Shown piece by piece: positions 30,367-39,557 of a DNA stretch of 64,000 nucleotides; positions within the stretch are counted from its first letter, which is position 1, and every line of letters starts with the position of its first letter. The notes under the pieces are model-generated. The model was not told where the DNA came from, did not search any database, and was given only the letters and a program-made list of their open reading frames with translations. Position numbers and translations under genes: made by a program. This DNA comes from Parcubacteria group bacterium RIFCSPLOWO2_01_FULL_48_18 (lineage in GTDB: Bacteria > Patescibacteriota > Minisyncoccia > UBA6257 > WO2-01-48-18): the NCBI GenBank assembly GCA_001824435.1, contig MHXH01000013.1, positions 2,346 through 66,345 of the forward strand, written 5' to 3'.

Positions 30367-31488
30367 CTATTTCTTTTTTGAAAAGATCTTTTTGTATTCT
30401 TCAAACAGCGTTTCCATTACGTGATTCCATGATTGCGTGCGTGCGTAGGCTAGGGCGCTTGCGCCCATCTGCGCGGTAAGCTTTGGGCGTTCAAGAAGAC
30501 GTCCAATTTTCGCAATGAAATCTTCCGCGTCATTCGGTTTCGCGAGAAATCCGGTTACGCCGTCTTCAATTATCTCTTTTACTCCGCCGGCGCCCGCCCC
30601 TACCGCAGGAAGCCTTGAGGCCATTGCTTCAAGGACCACAAGGCCGAATGTTTCGGTTGTTGATGGGAAGACGAATATGTCCGAAGAAGCGTAAACAGTT
30701 GAAAGTTCATTGCGGTCAAGCTGGCCGAAAAATTTTGCATCCGGCATGCGCTTTTTGAGCTGTTCTTTCGCCGGCCCTTCTCCGGCGACAACGAATGCGG
30801 CCCCCTTTTTGCCTTTCAGGCGGCGGTATGCTTCAACGAGGATGTCCAGATTTTTTTCCCATACCAGCCGACCGACAAACAAGAGGACGGTTTTTTGCCC
30901 CAATCCGTTCGCTGTGCGCCACGCCCGGGATTTAAATGACGGGTTGAACAATGCCGTATCAACTCCATGCGGCCAGAAGAACGTGTTGCGGATGCCGTGA
31001 GATTTCAGTTCTTTTACCATGACCTTTGAGGGAGCAAAAACCCGCTCGCAATTGTTGTAAAGTTTGCGGTAGCGCGCCCAGAAAAAGGGCTCGGTAGCCC
31101 CAAGGTGGTAGTATTTGAGATAATCGGTAAAGCTGGTGTGGTAGGTGGCGACTGCGGGCATGCCGCGTTCTTTTGCGTAGAGGACCGCGGCATAACCGAG
31201 CGCATCCGGAGCGGTAATGTGTATGATGTCCGGCGCGAACGCATCAAGATGGGGATAGAGCGTGGATTTGGGGAGGACGGACATCGGATATTCGGGACGG
31301 ACGGGGAAGCGGATTGACGGTACGCGTATCATCGGAAACGGCTGTTCCTTTTTTGGCGGTACCAGCTGTGAAAAAAAGATGGCGCTTTCGCCGCGCTTTT
31401 TGAGCGCCTTGATGATCTCGTACACTACTCTGACAACGCCATTGTGTTCTTTTTGTAACGATCCGGCGGTGTAGGCGATCTTCATCAC
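30367..31488 (-). CDS. GT4-family glycosyltransferase (GT-B)
   Basis: C-terminal E-x7-E motif FVFPSTTETFGLVVLEAMASRLPAV. 373 aa. Confidence 0.8.
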   Translation of the reverse strand: MMKIAYTAGSLQKEHNGVVRVVYEIIKALKKRGESAIFFSQLVPPKKEQPFPMIRVPSIRFPVRPEYPMSVLPKSTLYPHLDAFAPDIIHITAPDALGYAAVLYAKERGMPAVATYHTSFTDYLKYYHLGATEPFFWARYRKLYNNCERVFAPSKVMVKELKSHGIRNTFFWPHGVDTALFNPSFKSRAWRTANGLGQKTVLLFVGRLVWEKNLDILVEAYRRLKGKKGAAFVVAGEGPAKEQLKKRMPDAKFFGQLDRNELSTVYASSDIFVFPSTTETFGLVVLEAMASRLPAVGAGAGGVKEIIEDGVTGFLAKPNDAEDFIAKIGRLLERPKLTAQMGASALAYARTQSWNHVMETLFEEYKKIFSKKK

Positions 31489-31551
31489 GTTTATTATAAC
31501 ATTGTTAGTTAAGCTATCGGCTTGAGGAGTTAGCGTGTTTGATTTCTCTAG

Positions 31552-31560
31552 TTATCCACA
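31552..31560 (+). promoter_or_regulatory. perfect DnaA box TTATCCACA
   Basis: Exact 9-mer consensus in intergenic DNA. It is preceded by AG, as at 39010 and 43336. Confidence 0.4.
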
Positions 31561-31746
31561 ATTGAGGCATTGCAGCATATGGGATGATCGAATAAAATTT
31601 TTACATTGGACTGCAGACTCATAATTATTGACCTTTGCCAAGTTTGACTTGGCGCCGACCTTAGCTCTTCTTTGCTCTTTGATCGCCTTATGGCCTTGTT
31701 GTTCTTTTACATATCGCTCTTTGTTTTTAGTTGTGTGAGGAAAAAA

Positions 31747-31777
31747 CTGTCCCGGCTTTGCTCGGGACTTTTTTTGA
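31747..31777. terminator. bidirectional intrinsic terminator
   Basis: AAAAAACT-GTCCCGG-CTTTGCT-CGGGAC-TTTTTTTG, with an A-run before and a T-run after the hairpin. Confidence 0.6.
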
Positions 31778-31977
31778 TGCTGCGGGTTGCGCGTCTGAGG
31801 ATACGCTTCGGCACTGTGAACAGTGTTACTTGTGGTGAGCGAAGTTGAACCAGAACCATTTTGAGAGTTAAAGTGGGTATATTTATATTCCTGACCCGCG
31901 TCCAGAAACAGTTGGTTTTTGGAAAAAATAAACAAGGCGACCTCCCGAAGGAAAACCGCTTGAAGAAATGAGATAGG

Positions 31978-32013
31978 GTGTGCGGAGAGGTTCCCTCGCA
32001 CACGCACTTTTTG
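31978..32013 (+). terminator. intrinsic terminator-like hairpin + T-run on plus strand
   Basis: GTGTGCGG-agaggttccct-CGCACAC followed by GCACTTTTTG. No plus-strand CDS lies upstream, so it may terminate a small RNA. Confidence 0.4.
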
Positions 32014-32424
32014 TTACCGAATAGGCGCTGGTGTCGGTGTCACGACCTCGATCTTCTCAAGTGCCTGAAGAAGCCGCCCCCCGAACCATTCGAGCTGTTT
32101 CCAAAATTTAGGGAGAAGCTCGACGACGACCACTCGGTTGGAGTCGCAACCCCAACTCTGAGATTGCATGATCGCGAGAAGCACGGCATGAGTCATCCGC
32201 TCAACCTTCACGATTCTACCCACCATACCGACGAGGTACATCACGTCTTGGACAGTGTCCTTCTGGAACGTGAGCCGGAGCTTCGCATCAGGTGTCAGAG
32301 CGCTGAGAACCTTCTTCCACTCATCTCTGGTCACCATCTTGGTTACCCCCTCCTTTAGTTGAGTCGAAACTACTCGGGAAAACAACCCCATGCCACCTTC
32401 CCGAAACTGTCTATAGTTTATCAC
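32014..32424 (-). CDS. hypothetical protein
   Basis: 136-aa ORF, divergent from clpB. The start could be an internal Met (MGLFSRV or MVTRDEW). No recognisable motifs. Confidence 0.35.
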   Translation of the reverse strand: MINYRQFREGGMGLFSRVVSTQLKEGVTKMVTRDEWKKVLSALTPDAKLRLTFQKDTVQDVMYLVGMVGRIVKVERMTHAVLLAIMQSQSWGCDSNRVVVVELLPKFWKQLEWFGGRLLQALEKIEVVTPTPAPIR

Positions 32425-32444
32425 AGCTTCAAGAGAAGGTCAAG

Positions 32445-32473
32445 TTGACACATGGCTGTAATCGTGCTATAAT
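32445..32473 (+). promoter_or_regulatory. sigma-70 consensus promoter of clpB
   Basis: TTGACA (32445-32450), a 17-nt spacer, then TATAAT (32468-32473), about 55 nt upstream of the clpB ATG. Confidence 0.65.
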
Positions 32474-32526
32474 TCCCTTAACAGATATATTGCAACCATC
32501 ACGCGTTTTGTATATAGTAAAAATTA

Positions 32527-35160
32527 ATGAAACCGTTTCAGCGATTTACCATAAAAGCACAGGAAGCGCTCCAGGGGGCGCAGGACTTGGCCGCCGAGAA
32601 AAACCACGGAGATCTTAAGGCAATCCACCTTTTGCATGCATTGTTGGGTCAGGAGGAGTCGTTGGTGCGGCCCGCGCTTTTGCGGACGGGCGTCAATATC
32701 GGCGCGCTTCAGCAGGAGGTGGAAGCTGAAGTGAGTAAGCTTCCGAAGATTTATAACAGCTCCACCGTCGGACAACTGTACCTTTCTCAGGAGTTGATGC
32801 AGGTGCTTGATCGAGCCGCAAAAGAAGCGGCGATGATTAAAGATGAGTTTGTTTCCTGCGAGCATCTTTTGTTGGGACTCGTGGGCGGCGCGTCGGCGGC
32901 GAGCGAAATACTGCATCGTTTTGGCGTCAGGCGCGAAGGCATTTTGCGGTCGCTTGCAGAGCTGCGGGGCTCGGTGCGTATTACCGATGAGGCGCCGGAG
33001 TCCAAATTTCAGGTGCTCGAGAAATACGCAATTAACCTGACTGCGATGGCGCGAGAGGGAAAGTTGGATCCGGTGATCGGCAGGGAAAATGAACTGCGCC
33101 GCCTGATGCAGGTATTGAGCCGCAGGACGAAAAACAATCCGGTGCTTATTGGCGAGTCGGGCGTCGGTAAAACCGCGATTGTCGAAGGGCTCGCGCAGCG
33201 GATCGTGAGCGGCGACGTGCCGGAAACGCTCAAGGGCAAAGAAATCGTAATGCTGGATTTGGGATCCTTGATTGCCGGCACGAAATTCCGCGGCGAATTC
33301 GAAGATCGCCTAAAAGCCTTTGTTAAAGAAATTAAAAGCGCCGCGGGCCGGCTTATATTGTTCATAGATGAGATTCATATGATTGTGGGCGCGGGCGCTG
33401 CCGAAGGAGCTGTTGACGCCTCCAATTTGCTCAAGCCGCCGCTTGCGCGCGGAGAACTTCACGCGATCGGCGCAACCACCATACGGGAATACCAGCGGCA
33501 TATTGAAAAGGATCCTGCGCTCGAGCGGAGATTTCAGCCGGTCGTCGTGGACGAGCCCTCTCTTGAAGACAGTATGGCGATTTTGCGCGGTCTCAAAGAA
33601 AAGTATGAAATTCATCACGGTGTGCGGATTAACGATTCGGCTATAGTCGCGGCGGTGAATTTATCCGCCCGGTATATCACCGACCGTTTTTTGCCCGACA
33701 AGGCAATCGACCTCATTGATGAGGCGGGTGCGGCGCTCCGCCTTTCTACCGAAAGCTTGCCGCAGGAAATTGATGTGGCCCGCCGAAATATTTTGCGGTT
33801 GGAAATTGAAAAAGAGGCGCTCAAAAAAGAAAGTTCTCAGGAAGCGAAGACGCGCCTCCGGGCAATCGACAGGGAATTGAACAAATTGAAAAAAAAGAAC
33901 GACGAGCTTTCGGCAAAATGGCACGCGGAGAAAATGTTTATGGAAGATCTCCACAATTTGCGCAAGCGCGTCGAAGATTTTCGGCGCGAAGCCGAAATTG
34001 CCGAGCGGGATTCGAATCTGGAACGCGTTGCCCAGATCCGCTACGGAGAATTGCCGAAAGCGGAAAAGGAATTGGGGGCGTTTGAAGATAAATATCTCAA
34101 CCGTAACAAACAGGAGGACCAGTTTATTCGGGAGGCGGTTGATGAAGAGGATATTGCCGCGGTGGTTTCGCGATGGACCGGCATTCAGGTTTCCAAGATG
34201 CTTGAATCGGAATCCGAAAAATTGTCGCGCGCCGAAAAAGAGCTGGAAAAGCGCGTGGTCGGCCAAGAAGAGGCGATCTCCGCAGTGGCGAATGCTCTGC
34301 GAAGAGCGCGCGCCGGTCTTTCCGATGAAAACAAGCCGCTCGCGAGCTTTATGTTTTTGGGGCCGACCGGCGTGGGGAAAACCGAGCTTGCGCGCGCGCT
34401 GGGGGAATTTATGTTCAACGACGAGAAAGCCATCGTGCGCATCGATATGAGCGAATACATGGAACGGCACGCGGTGGCCCGTCTTATCGGTTCTCCTCCC
34501 GGCTATGTGGGATTTGAAGAAGGCGGGCAGCTTACCGAGGTGGTCAGGCACCGTCCGTACAGTTTGATCTTGTTTGATGAGATTGAGAAGGCACACCCTG
34601 AGGCGTTTAATATTCTTTTGCAAGTGCTGGATAATGGCAGACTTACCGACGGCAAGGGGAGGGTCGTCAATTTCAAAAACTCGGTCATCATCATGACGTC
34701 GAACGTAGGAAGCGAATTCATTCAGCAGATGTCCCGGCTCGGTTTTTCGGAGAACGAAAAACCCGAGAAAGACATCGTCGATTCTTTTGAGGATTTCAAA
34801 GAAAAGATTAAAGAGGCCCTGCGCGACACCTTTAAGCCTGAATTCCTTAACCGCATCGACGAGATTATCATCTTCCGTCCGCTAACCACGAAAGATATGG
34901 AGAAAATTATCGATATTCAAATTGAGCGCCTCCAAGAGAGGCTTGCATCGAGGAGCATTAGAGTCGAAGTGGACCCTTCGGCCAGAAAATATTTGATCGC
35001 GCATGGATATGAACCGGAATTCGGCGCACGTCCGGTGAAACGGCTGATTCAAAAAGTTATTCTTGATCCGTTGGCAGACCAGATGGTGCGGCGGAAGATT
35101 AAAGAAGGAGCAAGGGTGACGGTGAAATCGGAAAACGAGATGGTGTACATTGAGCAATAG
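32527..35160 (+). CDS. clpB: ATP-dependent chaperone ClpB (Hsp100)
   Basis: 877 aa: Clp_N repeats, NBD1 Walker [16 protein letters not shown], a long middle coiled-coil, NBD2 Walker [16 protein letters not shown], and sensor-2 [10 protein letters not shown]. Confidence 0.95.
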   Translation: MKPFQRFTIKAQEALQGAQDLAAEKNHGDLKAIHLLHALLGQEESLVRPALLRTGVNIGALQQEVEAEVSKLPKIYNSSTVGQLYLSQELMQVLDRAAKEAAMIKDEFVSCEHLLLGLVGGASAASEILHRFGVRREGILRSLAELRGSVRITDEAPESKFQVLEKYAINLTAMAREGKLDPVIGRENELRRLMQVLSRRTKNNPVLIGESGVGKTAIVEGLAQRIVSGDVPETLKGKEIVMLDLGSLIAGTKFRGEFEDRLKAFVKEIKSAAGRLILFIDEIHMIVGAGAAEGAVDASNLLKPPLARGELHAIGATTIREYQRHIEKDPALERRFQPVVVDEPSLEDSMAILRGLKEKYEIHHGVRINDSAIVAAVNLSARYITDRFLPDKAIDLIDEAGAALRLSTESLPQEIDVARRNILRLEIEKEALKKESSQEAKTRLRAIDRELNKLKKKNDELSAKWHAEKMFMEDLHNLRKRVEDFRREAEIAERDSNLERVAQIRYGELPKAEKELGAFEDKYLNRNKQEDQFIREAVDEEDIAAVVSRWTGIQVSKMLESESEKLSRAEKELEKRVVGQEEAISAVANALRRARAGLSDENKPLASFMFLGPTGVGKTELARALGEFMFNDEKAIVRIDMSEYMERHAVARLIGSPPGYVGFEEGGQLTEVVRHRPYSLILFDEIEKAHPEAFNILLQVLDNGRLTDGKGRVVNFKNSVIIMTSNVGSEFIQQMSRLGFSENEKPEKDIVDSFEDFKEKIKEALRDTFKPEFLNRIDEIIIFRPLTTKDMEKIIDIQIERLQERLASRSIRVEVDPSARKYLIAHGYEPEFGARPVKRLIQKVILDPLADQMVRRKIKEGARVTVKSENEMVYIEQ

Positions 35161-35203
35161 CGACAAGTGACCAGTGACAAGTGGCCGGTGATTAAAGAAT
35201 CAC

Positions 35204-35938
35204 ATGTCGCATGTGACCTGTTACCAATTTTTGATTGTTCGTTCTTTCTTCTTTTTCGTATTGTTGGTGATTGTTGCCCTAACTGAATTCCACCCGATTG
35301 CGGTGATTGTTTTTTTATTTGCGTGCGCGTATTTTCTCGTGAGTCCTCTGTCGTCTCCGTTTCTCCCGGTTACTTTTGTTCTGGTTGTTGCTCTTTCGCT
35401 CAAGGTTCTTTCCCAAGCGGATCATGATATGTTGCGGGTGGCGTTTGCGGGAGCGTTTACCGCGCTGTATGTTTTATGGCAGTTTGCGCGGATTGATTTT
35501 CCCGCGCGTCACCGTTTTTATTTTCTGGTCGTGGGGATTTCTCTTGCCGTCTTTTTTTCGCAACTGTTTGCGATTGAGCCGGCCGATTTTGGAGCAGTAC
35601 ATGGATTTACTACGGCGCTCGTCGTATTTCTTTTGTTCATGGAATTTGTGAATTCGTGGCGTCTTCTGTATCCGCAATTCGATCTTACGCTTCGACGAAG
35701 AACGCTTTTTTCTTTCATGTTTGCCTTTTTGTTTACGCAGATGCTGTGGGCTTTGTCGTTGCTACCGATCGGTTTTTTAAACCTCTCGGCCATAGCCGGC
35801 CTGCTGTTTTTTATTTCATGCAATTGCTTATGGCACTTTTTGGATCATTCGCTTTCCCGGCATATTCTGTTTAGAAGCCTTACGCTTTTCGTAACGGCAT
35901 TTGGGGCGATTCTGTGGTTTTCAAAATGGAGCATTTAA
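35204..35938 (+). CDS. hypothetical polytopic membrane protein
   Basis: 244 aa with 6-7 hydrophobic helices and no recognisable motifs. Confidence 0.4.
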   Translation: MSHVTCYQFLIVRSFFFFVLLVIVALTEFHPIAVIVFLFACAYFLVSPLSSPFLPVTFVLVVALSLKVLSQADHDMLRVAFAGAFTALYVLWQFARIDFPARHRFYFLVVGISLAVFFSQLFAIEPADFGAVHGFTTALVVFLLFMEFVNSWRLLYPQFDLTLRRRTLFSFMFAFLFTQMLWALSLLPIGFLNLSAIAGLLFFISCNCLWHFLDHSLSRHILFRSLTLFVTAFGAILWFSKWSI

Positions 35939-35989
35939 GTTCTTCAGAACGCTTGATTTGGCGCCTCTTTTAGATTATTCTTTCATGTA

Positions 35990-36853
35990 ATGAAAGCAAT
36001 TGTTCCGGTCGCGGGGCTCGGCACCCGATTTTTACCCGCAACAAAAACGCAGCCGAAAGAAATGTTGCCGCTTGTGGATACGCCGGTGATCCAGTATGTC
36101 GTGGAAGAGATAGTGCGTTCCGGCATCAAGAACATTATCTTCGTCACCACAAGGCATAAGAAATGCCTGGAGGATTATTTTGACAGTCATTTTGAGTTGG
36201 AATCCGCCCTTGAAATGAGCGGCAAGTCGGAAACGGTACGCGAGCTTCGCCGCATTGTAAAACTTGCTCATTTTTCATTTGTGCGGCAGCATGCTCCTCT
36301 CGGAAACGGAGACGCCATTGTCAGCGCCGCGCATTTGTTGCACGACGAACCCGTTGTCGTCGCGTTTGGCGATGATATTTTTGTCGGCCGCGAGCTGGTG
36401 ACGAAAAAGCTTATCGAAGTATATCGCGCCTATCATGCGCCGGTATGCGTGCTGAAAAAGGTTCCGCGCAGTAAGGTGCATCAGTACGGCATCGTGCGCG
36501 CCAAAAAGATCGGCGCGGCAACCTATCAGATTTTTGATATCGTTGAAAAGCCAAGCGCAAAGAATGCGCCGTCGAATCTGGCGGTGTTCGGCAGATACGT
36601 CCTAACTCCGCAGATTATTGATTACTTGAGGGAGTTGCACCCCCCCTCGCGCAATAAGGAATTAGGCCTCACCGAGGCGTTGCGCTTGAACCTTCGGCGC
36701 GGCGGTTCTTTTTATGGTTGGGAGGTTTCTCCTCAAGCTCACTTCGATTGCGGCTCGAAGATAGATTTTTTAAAGGCCACGGTGTATTTCGGCCTCAAGC
36801 ATAGGGAATTGAAACATGAGTTTCGCTCGCATCTTCGCTCTCTCGAGTTATAA
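35990..36853 (+). CDS. galU: UTP--glucose-1-phosphate uridylyltransferase
   Basis: MKAIVPVAGLGTRFLPATKTQPKEMLPLVDTPVIQYVVEE is the GalU N-terminal signature. Confidence 0.85.
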   Translation: MKAIVPVAGLGTRFLPATKTQPKEMLPLVDTPVIQYVVEEIVRSGIKNIIFVTTRHKKCLEDYFDSHFELESALEMSGKSETVRELRRIVKLAHFSFVRQHAPLGNGDAIVSAAHLLHDEPVVVAFGDDIFVGRELVTKKLIEVYRAYHAPVCVLKKVPRSKVHQYGIVRAKKIGAATYQIFDIVEKPSAKNAPSNLAVFGRYVLTPQIIDYLRELHPPSRNKELGLTEALRLNLRRGGSFYGWEVSPQAHFDCGSKIDFLKATVYFGLKHRELKHEFRSHLRSLEL

Positions 36854-38891
36854 CATCTCCAAGTTTTTCATCTATGCGGCGCTGATAACCCCTGCGTTGG
36901 TTTCGACGACGATGTTTTTCCCCTTTATTTCTGGAAAGGTGCTGTATTTCCGTGTAGTCATCGAGTTGGCCCTGCTGTTTTTCATGTTCTATTTTTTGAG
37001 TGCGCCGCGTGATGTTTCCGAGTCTTTGAAAAAGATTTTCCGTCAGCCGCTGTTTATAGCGGCGAGTATCTTCGTCGCCGCCTTTTTGCTTACCTCGATT
37101 ACCGGCGTGAACTTTTACAACAGTTTTCTCTCTAACTTTGAGCGGGGCGATGGCGCGTTCCAGTTGCTGCATCTGTATATTTTCTTTTTTCTGCTGCTGG
37201 CGTATTTTCCCGCCAAAAAAGATTGGTTGAAGCTTTTGAAGTTCAGCCTGCTGGTAAGTCTTTTCATCGCGCTGTACGCCATAGCGCAGCAACTCCGGTC
37301 GCCGTATGTGATCGGCGATTATAGCCGCCCACCTGGCCCCCTGGGAAATCCGTCATATCTCTCCGTCTACGCGATGTTCCACTTATTATTTGCCCTTTTT
37401 GTGATCTATGGGACAAAACCGCTGGCAGGAAAGTTGGTTTGGCTTTCCATCGCGCTTTTAAACCTGTACGCTCTTTTGAAAGCTCAAACCAGGGGAACGA
37501 TTATAGGTTTGGCAGTTGCCGTTTTCATAGCATTTTTGATTTTGTCGTTTCGGTCTCGGCTACCGACGTTTTTAGATCGAAAAAGAAATTTAAAAGAAAA
37601 CCACAAGGGCTCCGGTTCGCATTTTTTGGGCAGCGCATGGCCTTATCGGAGCATATTGGCGGCGCTTATATTGTTCGGTGCCGTCTTCTACTTTACAAGG
37701 GCGTCGTGGCCAGTATGGGAGAAAGTTCCGGGCCTCAACCGTTTTGCCAGCGAAGATGCTTTTAAACCGTTTAAGACCGACTCTCTCGTAAGCCGCTATT
37801 TAACGTGGACTTCTGCCATACAAGGATTTAAAGAAAGACCGATTTTTGGGTGGGGGGCAGAGAATTTTCCCTACGTATTTGATAAATATTACAATCCGAA
37901 GCGGTACGGGTCAGAAAGCTGGTTTGATAGGTCCCACAATTGGATTTTGGATTATTTGATCAACGGAGGAGCTGTGCTTCTGGCCGCGTATGTGGGAATG
38001 TTCGTAGTATATTACTACGGCATCGTGAAAAAATCTAAAGTGGTTGCGGGCAAAAAAGATGTTGAAGTTCCTCCGATGAAAAAACCGTACGCTCTGTACG
38101 TCGGTTTTCTGACCCTGCCGATCGCGTATCTCATTCAGAATTTGTTTCTTTTCGACGTGCTATCGATTTATTTGGTGTTGTTCACGTTCTTCGCGTTTGC
38201 GATACATCTCTTGGAGAAATTCGAATTGACTGTACCGCAGATTGGCGACGCCGAGACCGCCTTTGTGATCCGGCCGTTTAGCGCAGTTGCGGGCCTGCTA
38301 CTCGTATTGTTCACCGGTACGCTCCTGTATCTCACCGCATATCTTCCCTATAAGAAGAACCTGTTTATTCGGGAAGGACTTGCGGTTTCGTCGACCGACC
38401 CCTTCAAGGGCATATCGGTTTATGACAAGGCGCTAAAATTTTACTCTCCCATAGGCCAATACGAGACAATCGAGCAAGTGGGTGGCGGCATGGCAAACCT
38501 GTTCTCGGCGCTTATCAGGAACCGTGCGGTGCTTAAACCGGAAGTGGCTCCGCTGACGATTGGCTTTGCCAATGAGGTGTTGGATTACGCCAAGCGGAAC
38601 AATCAGGTGGTAAGCGTAAAACCATTATATATGTTTGGAATCGCCAATCTGGAGGCCGGAGTCGTGTTTCAGGATCCGAAGTATTTTCAGATTGCGCGAG
38701 AGATTATGGATGAGGGATATCGTGCTGCGCCTTCGCGATTCGAGTTTATCTTTGGCCTGCTTGATGTTGCCTTGGAGCAGCGGGATAAAGTTCTCGCGGA
38801 GCAAATGCTTAAGCGGGGGCGAGAACTACGGCCTGATTTGGAGGAGCGTTATAAAAAATATGAGGAGGTTCTTGGCAGCTTTGATTCTTGA
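36816..38891 (+). CDS. O-antigen ligase-like (Wzy_C/PglL-like) polytopic membrane protein with C-terminal TPR-like tail, paralog 1
   Basis: Many TM helices, the periplasmic-loop motif GWGAENFPYVFDKYYNP and the motif RSHNWILDYLINGG, the latter shared with the paralogs at 49882 and 52354. Its start overlaps the end of galU. Confidence 0.7.
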   Translation: MSFARIFALSSYNISKFFIYAALITPALVSTTMFFPFISGKVLYFRVVIELALLFFMFYFLSAPRDVSESLKKIFRQPLFIAASIFVAAFLLTSITGVNFYNSFLSNFERGDGAFQLLHLYIFFFLLLAYFPAKKDWLKLLKFSLLVSLFIALYAIAQQLRSPYVIGDYSRPPGPLGNPSYLSVYAMFHLLFALFVIYGTKPLAGKLVWLSIALLNLYALLKAQTRGTIIGLAVAVFIAFLILSFRSRLPTFLDRKRNLKENHKGSGSHFLGSAWPYRSILAALILFGAVFYFTRASWPVWEKVPGLNRFASEDAFKPFKTDSLVSRYLTWTSAIQGFKERPIFGWGAENFPYVFDKYYNPKRYGSESWFDRSHNWILDYLINGGAVLLAAYVGMFVVYYYGIVKKSKVVAGKKDVEVPPMKKPYALYVGFLTLPIAYLIQNLFLFDVLSIYLVLFTFFAFAIHLLEKFELTVPQIGDAETAFVIRPFSAVAGLLLVLFTGTLLYLTAYLPYKKNLFIREGLAVSSTDPFKGISVYDKALKFYSPIGQYETIEQVGGGMANLFSALIRNRAVLKPEVAPLTIGFANEVLDYAKRNNQVVSVKPLYMFGIANLEAGVVFQDPKYFQIAREIMDEGYRAAPSRFEFIFGLLDVALEQRDKVLAEQMLKRGRELRPDLEERYKKYEEVLGSFDS

Positions 38892-38927
38892 CTCTTGGCC
38901 CTCGGCCCCCCTGGCATTAATAATGGG

Positions 38928-38966
38928 CTTACAATCCTGCCGCAGGCGGGATTGTAACTTTTTTTC
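38928..38966 (+). terminator. intrinsic terminator
   Basis: TTACAATCCTGCC-GCAG-GCGGGATTGTAA followed by CTTTTTTT. Confidence 0.7.
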
Positions 38967-39009
38967 GGGGCGCTCGTTATATGTATAACAGGAATGTAAA
39001 GGGCATGAG

Positions 39010-39018
39010 TTATCCACA
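39010..39018 (+). promoter_or_regulatory. perfect DnaA box TTATCCACA
   Basis: Exact consensus 9-mer in the long leader upstream of the 1167-aa surface protein gene. TCTATAAT follows at about 39044. Confidence 0.4.
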
Positions 39019-39557
39019 GAAATTTTTGCTGATCTGCCCGCAGCTCATCTATAATTTATCAAATATGGGCTTAGATCTTAAGGGTGAGGCTTAAGGTCTA
39101 TTTGTGTCCTAGAACCATTTGGTTCCGGACTGGGGCGTACCGGATGGTACTGCCCCGTTGGCGGCTGGACCGGGTTTTTCGCAGATGAGCGTACGTCTTT
39201 TCTGCGCAGGCTCCGTGTTCACCTTGTCCGATTTTATTGAAAAAGAGGCCTCACCATTCGGAGGGGCTCTTTTGTTTAATTGGCGCCTCGCTGCGTCAGA
39301 TAATCATTGCCTGTTCGCACGATTTGATTGTATACAGTCGTTGTCTGTCGCAGTAAGTTGCCAATCTTATCCAGGAGCTAAGGTCGACCCGTTTCTTTAA
39401 ATATCAAAAGGAGATGGGGCTCTCGACGGACGGATGGGCCAACTTATCCCGTTCAAACGGGAAGAAACGAGATAATATAAAGGTCAATTCTGATTGAGCC
39501 GATTGAATACCTTAAATGATATTCATGAAGCGATAATCGGATTAAATAAATACATAT

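Noticed and set aside
31552-32007. 151-aa minus-strand ORF filling the GT4/hypothetical intergenic region.
   Set aside because: The sequence is low-complexity and basic (K/Q/H-rich). It contains an intrinsic terminator hairpin in its interior and has no motifs. It is more likely non-coding, so I treated the region as a candidate sRNA locus instead.
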